Assembly: GCF_000143415.4 (NCBI RefSeq)
Contig: NW_003314370.1
Coordinates: forward strand, 1-64,000
Reading direction: 5' to 3'
DNA: 64,000 bases
Source of the DNA: Selaginella moellendorffii
Lineage: Eukaryota > Plantae > Lycopodiophyta
Of the stretch, positions 12,280-23,826 are shown in pieces; position 1 is the stretch's first letter, and each line of letters begins with the position of its first letter. A model generated the notes under the pieces. The model worked only from the letters and a program-made list of their open reading frames with translations. It was not told the DNA's origin and did no database searches. The position numbers and the translations under genes were made by a program.

Positions 12280-15200
12280 ATTCTGCCAAGAAAAAAGAGC
12301 ATTTCAGTCTTACACTTCCTTTGATATGGGCATGGGGACATTTAGTATTTTAGAATATACTCTAAGTGTTTAGGGTAAATTTATTATTGAAGTAAAGATT
12401 GATCTGAAAGTGTGGCAAGGTTGCTTGCAATCTTGATGCCTCACTTTTCAGCTAAGGCATCATGTGGAGTATTTGAATTCCAAAGTGAGTTCTAGAGCAA
12501 AAATGAAAAGGTTCAAAGCAAACAACATTTAGTTTTTTATTTGATCTACATGTTTTTATAGTCTCTAGATCTTTTTTGCTTTTAAATTCTTATGATTATT
12601 GGATTTTTAGTTCCCTGATCATCCCTGTGGCCTGCAGCCATTTTCTATGTACCTGAGCAAGAGAGAGCTATAAGCACCACCATGGCATTCACTCGAAACT
12701 TGTCAGGCTCAGGCATAATCCATGCTACCATGTAAGACAAGCCAGAATCACCACAAAAGCATTGGCATTTATCAAACTCACACTCAATGTAACTACACCT
12801 CAAATAGAAACTTATACACTCCCAACTTGCTGAGCCTTACCATGTGTTTAGAATTTCTTTGCTAGTTTTGTATGAGTTTGTACAAATTATTGGCAAAGAA
12901 GTAAAATGATGATTGACATGTTTGATAGCCTCTAGATTTACCACTCATTTTTCTAGATATGATTTATAACAAGAGTTCTATATTCATAGATTGCTTTAGT
13001 TATCCTCCAAAAAATAATTTTCCATTCCTTACACAATCTATCTATTCCCCTCCTATTACATTTATCCTTTTTCTTTTTTAGAAGTCTTTCATCACCTTCT
13101 CATGACTCCACAAATTCCCCTTTACAACTTAGGTTTAATTGCATTCTCAACTAGAGCCATAAAGCTATAGATTCTATTAGTTGCATGGTTGCCAAAAACC
13201 AAGGTTATGGATTGCAATTTTATCACTTTTTTGGAATCTGATTACTATTTTCTGCAAAATCTGATAATATTTTCATATTACTCCTCCTATATGAACTCTT
13301 AGAACCTAGTCAAGATCAACCAATCACAAAAATTCCCAAGATTCTAATGTTGATCTACAAACAGAGGAGCTTTATATCAGGCCTAAGGAGGATTTTCAAC
13401 CTTTGGAGCAAATCAAAATTCATATATCTCATAAGTTTGGTTTGCTAGTATTTGATGGTAGGAAAGTCTTCCCTAGAAGTAACTCTTGGAGACTTTTGGA
13501 GGAGATATATCCATCCCAATGTGTTGACTTGTTATTTCAGGAATTCTTTTGGGCTCCATGACCTTTATCAATGCAAGTTCACTTTCTTTGGTGGGAGTAG
13601 CTTCTCGACAAATAGTTTTAATATTAAATTTTTAGAATAGCCTTTAGGGGACTCCTTTACAGATTCTTCATCCATTAGACAAGATATTAGATTTGTTGCA
13701 TGTAAGCTTTTGAATTGCAAAAGCAAACATAAGATTGAGGATTTTGAGGAGCAACAACTTTTATGTTGTCTTAAACATAGAGTAAAATTTAGTTTTATAG
13801 TAACGAAGATGGTGGATGCAATTTATGCACACCTTTGTCACATTTGTAACAATGCCCTTCTTCATGCATCCCATGCCATGGAAGAGCCTATAATCAGTGA
13901 AGGGGCAATTATGAACCTGAAGCTATAAATGGTATTTAACAATAGATATAACATGATCTTTTGTATACATTATTATCACCTTAAATTGTATGCTTTCTTT
14001 CCCTTTCTTTTTCATTATGCTTTTTTGTTTTCCTCTTAATTCTTTTCGTTTGAGCACTACTGCAGCAGTGGGATTGCTAAAGGGGTTGTTTATGATCATC
14101 AACCTCATCGTGCTCTCCAACCCCAAGCAAAATGTTTTGTAAAAACCAAACAAGAGCTAGGCTAGAAACTCTTAGCATGATCTAAAAAACTCAGATTTTA
14201 CAGCTTATCAAAATAAAAATAATCTGAGGCTAAGAACCATGGTTTAAGAGCATTCCTATAATTGCACTATTTGAAGTGAGGAGCATGAAAATAAAGTGAG
14301 AAAACTAGTTTTTCCTCTTCATTAATTTTACCATTTCTCTCATTATTATTGCTTCTAATCATTGTCTATAGCATTGCTCACAATGCCACTTCCATTCATT
14401 TTATGACACCACAACTTGCTTGACATTTTATTCAATGATTTTCCATATTCAGCTTACTCATCTAAGTTCCAGCTAAATATTAATTATTATATAAATTACA
14501 GCCATAACCTGATTAGCATAGCAATTTCAATTTAACAACAAGTTCAGATTTATAGTGGTTGGTTAGAAGCACCTAAGTTTATCTTTCAGAGTGGCTTCTA
14601 TCCCATTCCACCTCTCTTAATGAGCATTAGTTTTTAGTGTAGATAATTTATTTGTATTAATAATTTGCCTCTTTTTTAATTTATGAGGATTTACCATAGG
14701 CTTTAGTCATCACTAATAGTGGTATTTCTCTCACTTTTTTATTCATCCATTTACATCCTTAGACAATACATCCCTTCTTTTTCTCCTTTATTTCATAGGA
14801 CAAAAGTATTTAAAGTGCAATGCTATATATGTTCAAAGGCTAGAAAAGTTTGGGACTCTCTTCCTTATCTTGTTTATTTTTTTTAGCTTTTGTCATTTCT
14901 TCTTTTCTCCATTTTCTTATGTTTAGACTTTAGTTTGATCCCACAGTTTTTCCCTTATTGGTATTTTTTTATTTTTAAACTTAATACCTTATTCTTATTT
15001 CTCTTCTTAGGTTTTTATTCTTGCTAGCATCTTAGCTCTCAACATCAATTCATATTCTTTTATCTATATGCAAGACTTGATTTTTCTTGTATGTATATTT
15101 ACAGACACTATACACACATAGAGATATATATAAAAAATAAAATACTTAATTAAGGTTAAAATTTATTACGATACATTTACTACTAAACCCTCAACAGGCT

Positions 15201-15537
15201 TGGATTTTAACTCTTAATTTAGATATGCTACATTAACTCCAAATTCAGATGTGCTACATTTGGTACAAAGGAATTATCTCCTAATTTAAGATAGTAAGAT
15301 TTTTTTTAGAGTGGTGTTAGTCCCCATCAAGATCTTTGGATCTTTTCAAGACCGCTAGTATTGGCTAACTTATTTATTTTCCACATGTATGGTTGGAATG
15401 CTTATAGACAGCCTTAAATTTCCTCAAATATTATATATAACACTATAAGACCTAGAACTCACCTAGGTACCCTCTACATATAACATGGTTTAGGCTAGAT
15501 ATTAGGAACAATCATTTAGGTCTTTTACTTCTGAATT

Positions 15538-15717
15538 CTAAGAGAGGTTGGATTCTTTAGATGTTTAGTGTTGCAAGGGAATATGAGATTATGAAAATCA
15601 GTCTTTAATTAGAATTGCCAACACCTAATATATCCAACCTCTCTTAGGTTGGATATATATATATATATATATATCCATATACATATACATATACATATAC
15701 ATATCCAACATCTCTTA
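15538..15717. repeat. Small fold-back repeat plus TA/TATACA microsatellite
   Basis: 16-bp perfect inverted repeat CTAAGAGAGGTTGGAT (15538-15553) / ATCCAACCTCTCTTAG (15632-15647), a nested palindrome and a third degenerate copy at ~15702-15717. Confidence 0.7.
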
Positions 15718-15719
15718 TA

Positions 15720-16250
15720 TACTGATGCTGCTTTATTCAATTGCACTTTTGGTGTTGTAAAGGGTGATTATATTGTTGTGCCCATCCTTGGTGAGTTGCT
15801 ATCTCCAACTTTTATAGGATGTGATTATCTATTCTCAATGTCCTACTATTTCCTACTAATGTTGAGTGTGATTGTGATGTAAATTGAAGAGTTACAAATG
15901 ATGTAATTTGGTTTTTGGAGGATGTTCAAAGATCAAGTTCATAGGAAAAAAATATTTATGAACTTGAGTGGATTTCAGATTATTATGAAGAGCTTGATTA
16001 TTATAAAGATAGCTTTGGACATAAGTTGGAGATTTCATAGGGTAGGTGTTAATCTTTCAATTTACCATTATAATCCTTTCTCTATACCTTTTGCTCTTTC
16101 CTAACCTTTTTTTATTTCTCAGCCTAAACCACTTTCTCTTATGTTCCTAATGTTTTTTTTCATCTATAATATATCTTTCTTTTGGCACATTAAACATTTA
16201 TAATTCTTATGATTCTCATTTTTATCCCAATGTTGAGTTGAGTGTTTTCT
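15720..16250. repeat. Degenerate dispersed repeat, copy 1 (homologous to ~26890-27430)
   Basis: Colinear shared blocks, e.g. TTTTGGTGTT..GGGTG..ATATT, ATCCTTGGTG..CAACTT.TAT.GGA.GTGATTA and GTTGAGTTGAGTG. Confidence 0.65.
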
Positions 16251-17019
16251 ATCCTTCTCATACTAATTTAAATAGTGAGCATATGCATGAAGTTAAAAGT
16301 TTTACTTTTATTCCATTAATGAAGTTTTTGATTAGTTTTGGTGTTTGAGAAGTGATTAAATTTTCCATTATACTTTAATCACTTAACCACACCTTTAACC
16401 ACTTGGAGGAGTCTCACTCACAACCTCCATAAATCCAGACTTGGGGCTTGCTAGCTCTAAGAATGGCATCCATGCCATTCAACCTTTGCACTTGGTCTAA
16501 GTGTTCCATGTGTCCGGTCTCATGATTGACACCCAAAGGTACCATTGACATATTAGCCCGTTACACTAAAGCCATGCCCATTCACCTTTATCACACTGGT
16601 GATCCAACACCATGTACAGCACAGTCCCGTTTCTCAAAGACTGAGACATCCGCCTATGAGTGATCATTCTAGATTCACTCCTTAGCATCTTTAGGATGTT
16701 TGCAAACATGGGGGACAACCTTCCCTAATATCCCTTTTTCAGTCCCCAAGTTTTTCATTAAGCTACCTCGCTTGTCTGTCTATATCCACCCTAGCTTTGG
16801 ACTTCCCAATGGTTATATCATCACCCAACATATAGGTATAGCTTTCTTAGGCCACATTAGCATTTCCTGGCCAAATTTGTTCCATTAAAGTCTAACCTCT
16901 ACACTCTCCCTACTATACTTTTGGAACCCCCTACAGCCCTTCCCAGGGGATGATCGTTTTGGGATTTCACCCAACAACTTGTATTAGTATTCGCACTTGC
17001 ACTCAGACTTGGTTTTGGT

Positions 17020-17297
17020 ATTGGTTTCAAACTCAGACTCGGACTTGGTCTTGATCTCAGTCCATCTCAAACTCCATTTCAGACTCCATCTCAAGTCCAT
17101 CTTGAACTCCATCTCAAACTCCATTTTGGGTCCATCTCGAACTCCATCTCAGACTCCATTTCGAACTCCATCTTAGACTCCATTTTGGACTCCATCTGGG
17201 ACTTCATCTCAGACTCCATCTGGGACTCCATCTCAGACTCTATTTTAGACTCCATCTCAGACTTTATCCTGGGTCCATCTCGGGCTCCATCTTGACA
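17020..17297. repeat. 12-bp minisatellite, consensus TCAGACTCCATC, about 20 degenerate units
   Basis: Directly visible tandem array (tcagactccatc / tcgaactccatc / tgggactccatc). Confidence 0.9.
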
Positions 17298-18597
17298 CTT
17301 CTACGTGTCATATGTTGGTTCTTTTATGTCCTTTTTCTAGAGACTCACTTATTGCTTACTTTGAGCTCGTTCCTCAAGCCCTTCGTTAGAAGTTTCACTC
17401 CCGCTCTTGACTTTTCAAGTTGGAGCTTTTAATCCAAACGTGTTACCTTTATTTGGCTTACATTTCGGCCACTACCACATGGCACCCTCTCGACTCCACT
17501 TTAGAGTTTAGGGATTTTTGTTTCACAATTCCTTTATTCCAAGGTTTAGTCATTTGAGCTAAAGTTTTGAATTAAGTGTATATCCTTAGTTGTGAGTGCT
17601 ATTGATGTGTTGAGGAGGTTAAGTGGTGTGAACCTCTTGTTGTGGTGGCCAAAATATTTTATAATAGGAGGCCTTATATTTTCTAAACCTTAAGCATATG
17701 CCCTTTTTTATTTCTCCATTTTTTATTTGATAGCTACAAAAAATTCCTCTTTTGATGGTTCTTTATCCACTTTTTCTTCTTCCATAATTTTTTTTTCAAT
17801 TTTTTTCACTTTCTCCTATTTGCCCTAACACTTTAAATTTATTGTTCTTTAAAAGAGGGAGTAGAGGGGATGGATAGGAGTCTCATCTTGATGATGATGT
17901 AAGGTACAATAATGGAGCAAAGATGAATAACATGGATTATGGAATAAGCATAGCAAGTTTGAATGATATATCTAACTTTGATGTAGTAAGGCAAAATAAA
18001 TGCCATAGTGAATTGAGATTAAATATAGATAGTAGAGTGAAGATGAATGTAATAAGTCTAAATAGAGCCAGTGTTTAAAAAAAAAATTCTTTCAAGAAGA
18101 GGATAAAAAAGATATAGAAGACAAACAAAGTAAGTTTGACCTTCTATATGTAGTGTTAGACGAGGATAAAAGTTATAAATCCAAGTTAACACAGGTCTTG
18201 AAGGTTGATAAGAGGGAAGATGTAAAGGCAAGTTTTGTTGATAGTCATAATTTGAGTTAATGGTGGTCTTAGAGCTCAAATAGTAGGGAAATTTAAAGAC
18301 AAGATATATTGTTTACTATAATGATGTTTTATTAATTGTAGTGGCATTTGAAGTCCTTTGCTTCGGTTCAAAGTTATAGCTTCGAGGTTAGTTTAAGCAT
18401 TTGGCAATTGCACATAGATTTGTGGTTGGTTCACTAGTTGATACTTGTGTTGTAACTTTGGGTTTTATATTTGTCATGGTTTTTAGCAACTATATTAGTG
18501 GTTTTATAAGAGCTTTAAGTTCTTTTGGCAGTCTGTAATCACCTAGCAAAAGCTCTAGATATTCCACTTAAATTATTATCATCACCTTTTTATCACC

Positions 18598-18772
18598 TGT
18601 GAGTGCATGGAATATGGAACAGGAATACAGAAATGTGCATATCAATTAGCCCAAAAACCCTAGCTTATATACAGGAGCGAGTGGTCCGGATTGAAACCAA
18701 TCCGACGGCTACCAAAATCCCACTACGCTAATATTAGTATACGGCATCGTAGCCGTACACTTGGCCCTCACA
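18598..18772 (-). repeat. 3' LTR, 175 bp
   Basis: Begins TGTGAG right after the polypurine tract GAGAGGAGGGGATGA (18773-18787, minus) and ends CTCACA, giving a 6-bp terminal inverted repeat. Contains TATATAAG at ~18664-18671. Distal end inferred from the inverted repeat only. Confidence 0.75.
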
Positions 18773-21700
18773 TCATCCCCTCCTCTCGGAATAATGGAAG
18801 GCCATCAGGGGTCTCTTGTAGATGGGCCGGGATCTGGAGGAACGTCAGAAGGAGGCATCGGCGGATCTGTAGACGGTATTAACTGCTCCTGATCCCTTTG
18901 TATGAAGCGCTTTAACCGCTGCACATGCACAGTCTCCGGAGGATCGGCTTGCTGAACGTCATGCCGAACCTCATAAATTTGTGGTCCAACTTGCCGCAAC
19001 ACCCGATACGGTCCTTTCCACTGCGCAAGGAGCCCCTTAGATAAACCACGTACCGTAAGATGGGGAAAACGGACTAACACCAAATCATCCACTTTGTACT
19101 CCGCAGGTGGACGATGATGGGAATTGTAGCGCCGTTGTTGTCCCACTTGTACGCGGCCTAAGTGTTCAGTAGACTCTGCTCGGACAAGTGGAAGAATGCT
19201 TGTCAAATATTGATCCCATGACCTAGCATCAGGAGCTCGTGGCAATCGCGAAGGTAAACCCAGCTCTGTTGGTAATATTGGATCATGACCATATAGAAGT
19301 TTATATGGTGAAGCACCAACAGAACTCTGCACCCCTGTGACATAGGCATACCGAAGAGACGGCAAATAACCATCCCAATCCGAATGCTGAAAGTTCACAT
19401 ACTTTGCAATCATCCCTTTGAATGTCCGAACAAGCCGTTCTACCAGACCGTCTGATTGTGGATGATAAGCACTTGTAAAAGTGTGGCGTATCCCCAACCG
19501 AGATGTCAAAACATAAAATACCTCAGCCATAAATGCAAGACTATTATCCGAAAGAATCCGCTCTGGACAAGAATGCTGGAACACCACTCGATTGAGGAGG
19601 AAGTATCCAACAGCAGTTGCAGAGGCACTAGCAAGAGCACCAACTTCCACCCAACGAGTCAAGTAGTCAGAAGCAATAATAACATACTCATTGCCAGTAG
19701 TCGATCGTGGAAAAGGTCCTATAAGATCAAACGCCACCAACTCAAACAGACGGGAAACTACAATTGACTCCAACCGTCCTTCCGCAGCACAAAGAGGAGT
19801 ATTACGAGCTTGGCACCAAACACAGCTACGCACATACCGGATAATATCACGTCGCATCTCTGGCCAATAGAAAGACCTGCGCAGTTTCTCGGTGACACGA
19901 CGGTGTCCCATATGCCCACCTAGAATAGGAGAATCATGGTAGGCATGGAGAAACCGCGGAATAAACACCAAAGGCACCACCAGCCGTAAATAATCATCAG
20001 GATCCGTCCCCACAAAATAAAGAAGGCCATCTTCAAGGCGATATTGAGAATGTAAATGCCGGAAAGGCAAGTCATCAGCAAGTGATGCAGGATTCTCAAA
20101 CCCATCTTGAAGCCTTCGAATCCACGGCTCAATCTTTTGAGCCGCGCGAACCTCATCAAGAGAAGGTAGATCTTGCTCTGCGCCATGTGGACACTGAACG
20201 TCAAGGACAGCAACCGCCGACGGCATAGAATCCTCATCTAGAAAATCCACAGATGCTGGAACAACAGGTTCGTCAGAAACATGAGAAGTGAGTGGAGAAG
20301 GAAGAGGAGCTCGAGAAAGGGCATCAGCATCAGCCATAAAACTCCCTGGGCGATGAACAACATCGAAATCATATATCTGAAGCTTCAAAGCCCATCAAGC
20401 CGTACGACCAACCAGGTTCTTCCGCTTTAATAATGAAGTAACAGCAGCATCGTCACCTTCAAGTAACGTCTGAGAACCATGTAGATATGCATGAAGTTTC
20501 TCGAAACCCCAGACTGCTGCTAAACACTCCTTCTCCGTCGTGGAGTAATTCATCTCCACTGGTTGTAATGTACGGCTTATGTATGCAATGGGATGGCACT
20601 GACCAGGCACACTCGAGCTCTCTTGCATCAACACACCTCCAAGACCAATGTCAAAAGCATCCACGCGCAAAATAAAAGGTCGAGTGTATTCAGGATATGC
20701 CAAAACTGGAGGAGTCGTCAATAGCTCTTTGAGATTCACGAACGCTCGCTCACAATCCGGAGACCAGATGAAAGATGACGTTGATGACTTCAACAATGCT
20801 CGCAATGGTGTAGTGCGATCGGAAAGATGATCCACAAAACGACCGAGATACTGCACCTTACCCAAAAAGCGCTGCACATCATTCACACACTTCGGAGTAG
20901 GGAACTTTAGAACAGCCACAAGTTTGTCAGGATCAACTTGCAAACCCTCATGAGAAATACGGTACCCAAGATAAGTTGTGTCCTTGGACCCAAACACGCA
21001 CTTTGACCGCTTCAACTTTAAACCAACGTCGCGTAGCTGATCCAATACTTTACAAACATCACGAACGTGCTCCTCCCACGTCCCCTCCGAGTGGATCAAG
21101 ACATCATCAATGAAGTCAGCCGTCACCTCCGGCATATTGCAAAGAACCTTGTCCATCATCCGCTGAAAAGTTGCTGGAGCATTGTTCAAACCAAACGGCA
21201 TCACCAAGAACTTGTACAAACCAAATGGTGTATGAAAAGCAGTCTTAGGAATATCTTCTTTGGCCATCGGTACTTGCCAATACCCAGAAGCAAGATCTAG
21301 CTTGGTGAACCAACGACTTCGCCCCAAACGATCCAAGAGATCAGCAGTGTGAGGAAGAGGGTACACGTCCGGGATCGTCACTTCATTTAACGGACGATAG
21401 TCAATGCAGAAATGAATACTCCCATCAGGCTTCGTCACAAGATGAGGTTCACATGCCCAAAGACTCCGCGACTTCCGAATAACACCCTTCTCCAACATCT
21501 CCTTGACGTTTGCACGTAAAATCTTGATCTCCTTGGGTGACCGACGACGAACAGAAACCTTGATTGGACGAGCATCCCCGGTTGGAATGGGATGACGTGT
21601 GGCAATCTTGGCCCCAGATGAGAGGTCAAATTCAAAGAGATCAGAATACTCCTTCATGAGCTGGTCAACAGCTGCAACACAAAGATCATCGGAGGGATTG

Positions 21701-22229
21701 GAAAAGGGAAAAGCAGAACAAGATGGAAACACAAGAGGAAATAGTGGAGGAACAAAAGTAATGGAAGCAGAGGTAGAAGTAGAGGGACGAAGAGGTATGG
21801 AAGTGAGAGGAATGGATGAAACATAAGGAAGTATGAGACAAGGGGGAGAAGCCTCAAAGTCACACTTGGCATGATTGCGCTGCAATCAATCCATACCAAG
21901 AATGAGGTCAAAAGCTTGACTCGGCACCACCCGCAACGACTGCAACTCAAGCTCGAGATCGCCCACACGCACAACCAGGTCTGCCTCATCTCGTGCACAT
22001 GCATGTGTACGGCCGTTGCCATAAAGAATGAAGACTGGATCCGCCGCACGACGCAAGTGTAGACGACAACGTGTGGCAACAGGTCGAGCAATAGAAGATA
22101 AACTCGAACCTGTATCAACCAACATGGAGAGAAGAATAGAAGACCTCTTGTTATAAAAACGAGTTTGGAAAGTAAACACTGGATGAACCGGTGCCGAGTG
22201 AACCCCTTGATGATACTCCCGAAAGAAAG

Positions 22230-22293
22230 ATGGAGGGGTCACTAACTTATTCACGCAAGGTCCCTCCATTACTCGCGCGATTCCTCGTTTCCC
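22230..22293 (-). other. -1 programmed ribosomal frameshift signal (slippery heptamer plus H-type pseudoknot) at the gag/pol junction
   Basis: Minus strand GGGAAAC GAGGAA TCGCGCGAG TA ATGGAGGG AC CTTGCGTGA ATAAGTTAGTGAC CCCTCCAT. The heptamer is phased in the gag frame and pol is in the -1 frame. Confidence 0.85.
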
Positions 22294-23377
22294 AAATACA
22301 CCTCGGTATCCAAACCTTCCATCGCAGCAGCACCAACGGGACGTTGCTGACGCTAAGGTCTCCACCCAGGAAATGGAGGTCGCCAATCCGGAAAGCGCCG
22401 ACAACGCCGATAAGTATGACCAACTTCATCACATGCCCAGCAACGAACATCACGGCCACGACCACGTCCTCGCCCTTGTCCTTGGACTTGAGTAGCAACA
22501 GCATCAACCTCCATTGGGACAGGACTATCACTCATAGGAAGTGGAGCTGAAGGACGTGCAGCGAGAAGCAGAAGAGGCGACGTCTCATAACGTTGTGCCA
22601 AGCGAAGAGCATCGTCAAGGGTGGCAGGAGCAAGTGCATGCACAAGGCCAACAAGATCTTGACGAAGTGCTGGCGACAACATTCCTAGCTTGATCCGCTC
22701 CGCATATTAGGCTCCACACGAAGCAAAAGACTTCAGAAACGAACGCCAAATTGCATCACCGACTCAGATGGCTCTTGGCAAAGACGATGCAATTGTTGGA
22801 AGGCATCGTCACAATCGTCGGCATGTCCGAAGGCGCGTTTGAAGACGTCCGGAAGAACACTCCAATCCCCATGAGTGGCCGCACTCAATCCATTGTACCA
22901 CTGCAATGCCGTCCCTTGGAGACACGTGGGAAACTCACGCAAACGTCGAGCATCATCCCAAGAATGATATGTGGCAATCACCGTGAAGTGATTGAACCAA
23001 TGGTACACATCATCCCCAGAATTCCCCCGAAAGAACTCCGGTCGAACGCGAGGATTAGCACCAAGAGCAGGAGGAGTTAAACCACGTGCCGTGAATGCTG
23101 CCATCAATTGAGTTTGGTTGTTCAATTGCAAGCGCATAGCATCAAGCAAGTGAACCAACTGCTGCTCTAGAGTCAAAGGAGGAGATTGCGGATCGGCCAT
23201 GAAGATGAACGAAAAAGAAAAAGCAAAAGAAGAGAAATGACAAAAAGNNNNNNNNNNNNNNNNNNNNNNNNNNNNNNNNNNNNNNNNNNNNNNNNNNNNN
23301 NNNNNNNNNNNNNNNNNNNNNNNNNNNNNNNNNNNNNNNNNNNNNNNNNNNNNNNNNNNNNNNNNNNNNNNNNNNNN

Positions 23378-23560
23378 AGACACACATATATACACACATA
23401 GATACATAGATAGAGACACACATACACATAGAGAGAGAGAGACACACACATATATATATATACACATATATATAGACACATATATATGTGTATATATATA
23501 TATATAAGAGCGCGCACTCTTTTTTTTTTTAGAGAGATATATATATATATATATATATAG

Positions 23561-23648
<88 letters not shown>

Positions 23649-23705
23649 ATATATATATATATGTGTGTGTGTATGTGTATATATGTGTATATATATATAT
23701 ATATA

Positions 23706-23787
<82 letters not shown>

Positions 23788-23826
23788 AACACACACACAC
23801 ACATATATACATATACACACACACAA
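23378..23826. repeat. Compound (TA)n/(CA)n/(GA)n microsatellite
   Basis: Directly visible; abuts a 130-N gap (23248-23377). Confidence 0.95.

Larger units (their letters stand above)
18598..23247 (-). mobile_element. Ty3/gypsy LTR retrotransposon without chromodomain; inactivated; 5' LTR lost in or beyond the N gap
   Basis: Order gag (ATG 23200; CWACDEVGHTYRRC knuckle), protease (LVDTGS), RT (CIDYRPLN, MPFGLNNAPATFQ, FIDD), RNaseH (NYSTTEKECLA), integrase (HHCC, SDN, YHPQSDGLVER, WKGPY). PPT and 3' LTR present. Four premature stops and one frameshift. Confidence 0.95.

Noticed and set aside
12300-15100. Fossil coding-like sequence on the minus strand
   Set aside because: Fragments look protein-like but are too decayed to assign to any TE or gene family.
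17020-17297. CRISPR-like periodic array
   Set aside because: Contiguous 12-bp units with no unique spacers, no cas genes and a eukaryotic context; a minisatellite.
20389-21888. In-frame TGA codons in pol as programmed readthrough sites
   Set aside because: They replace conserved Trp/Arg residues inside domains and are best explained as inactivating transitions.
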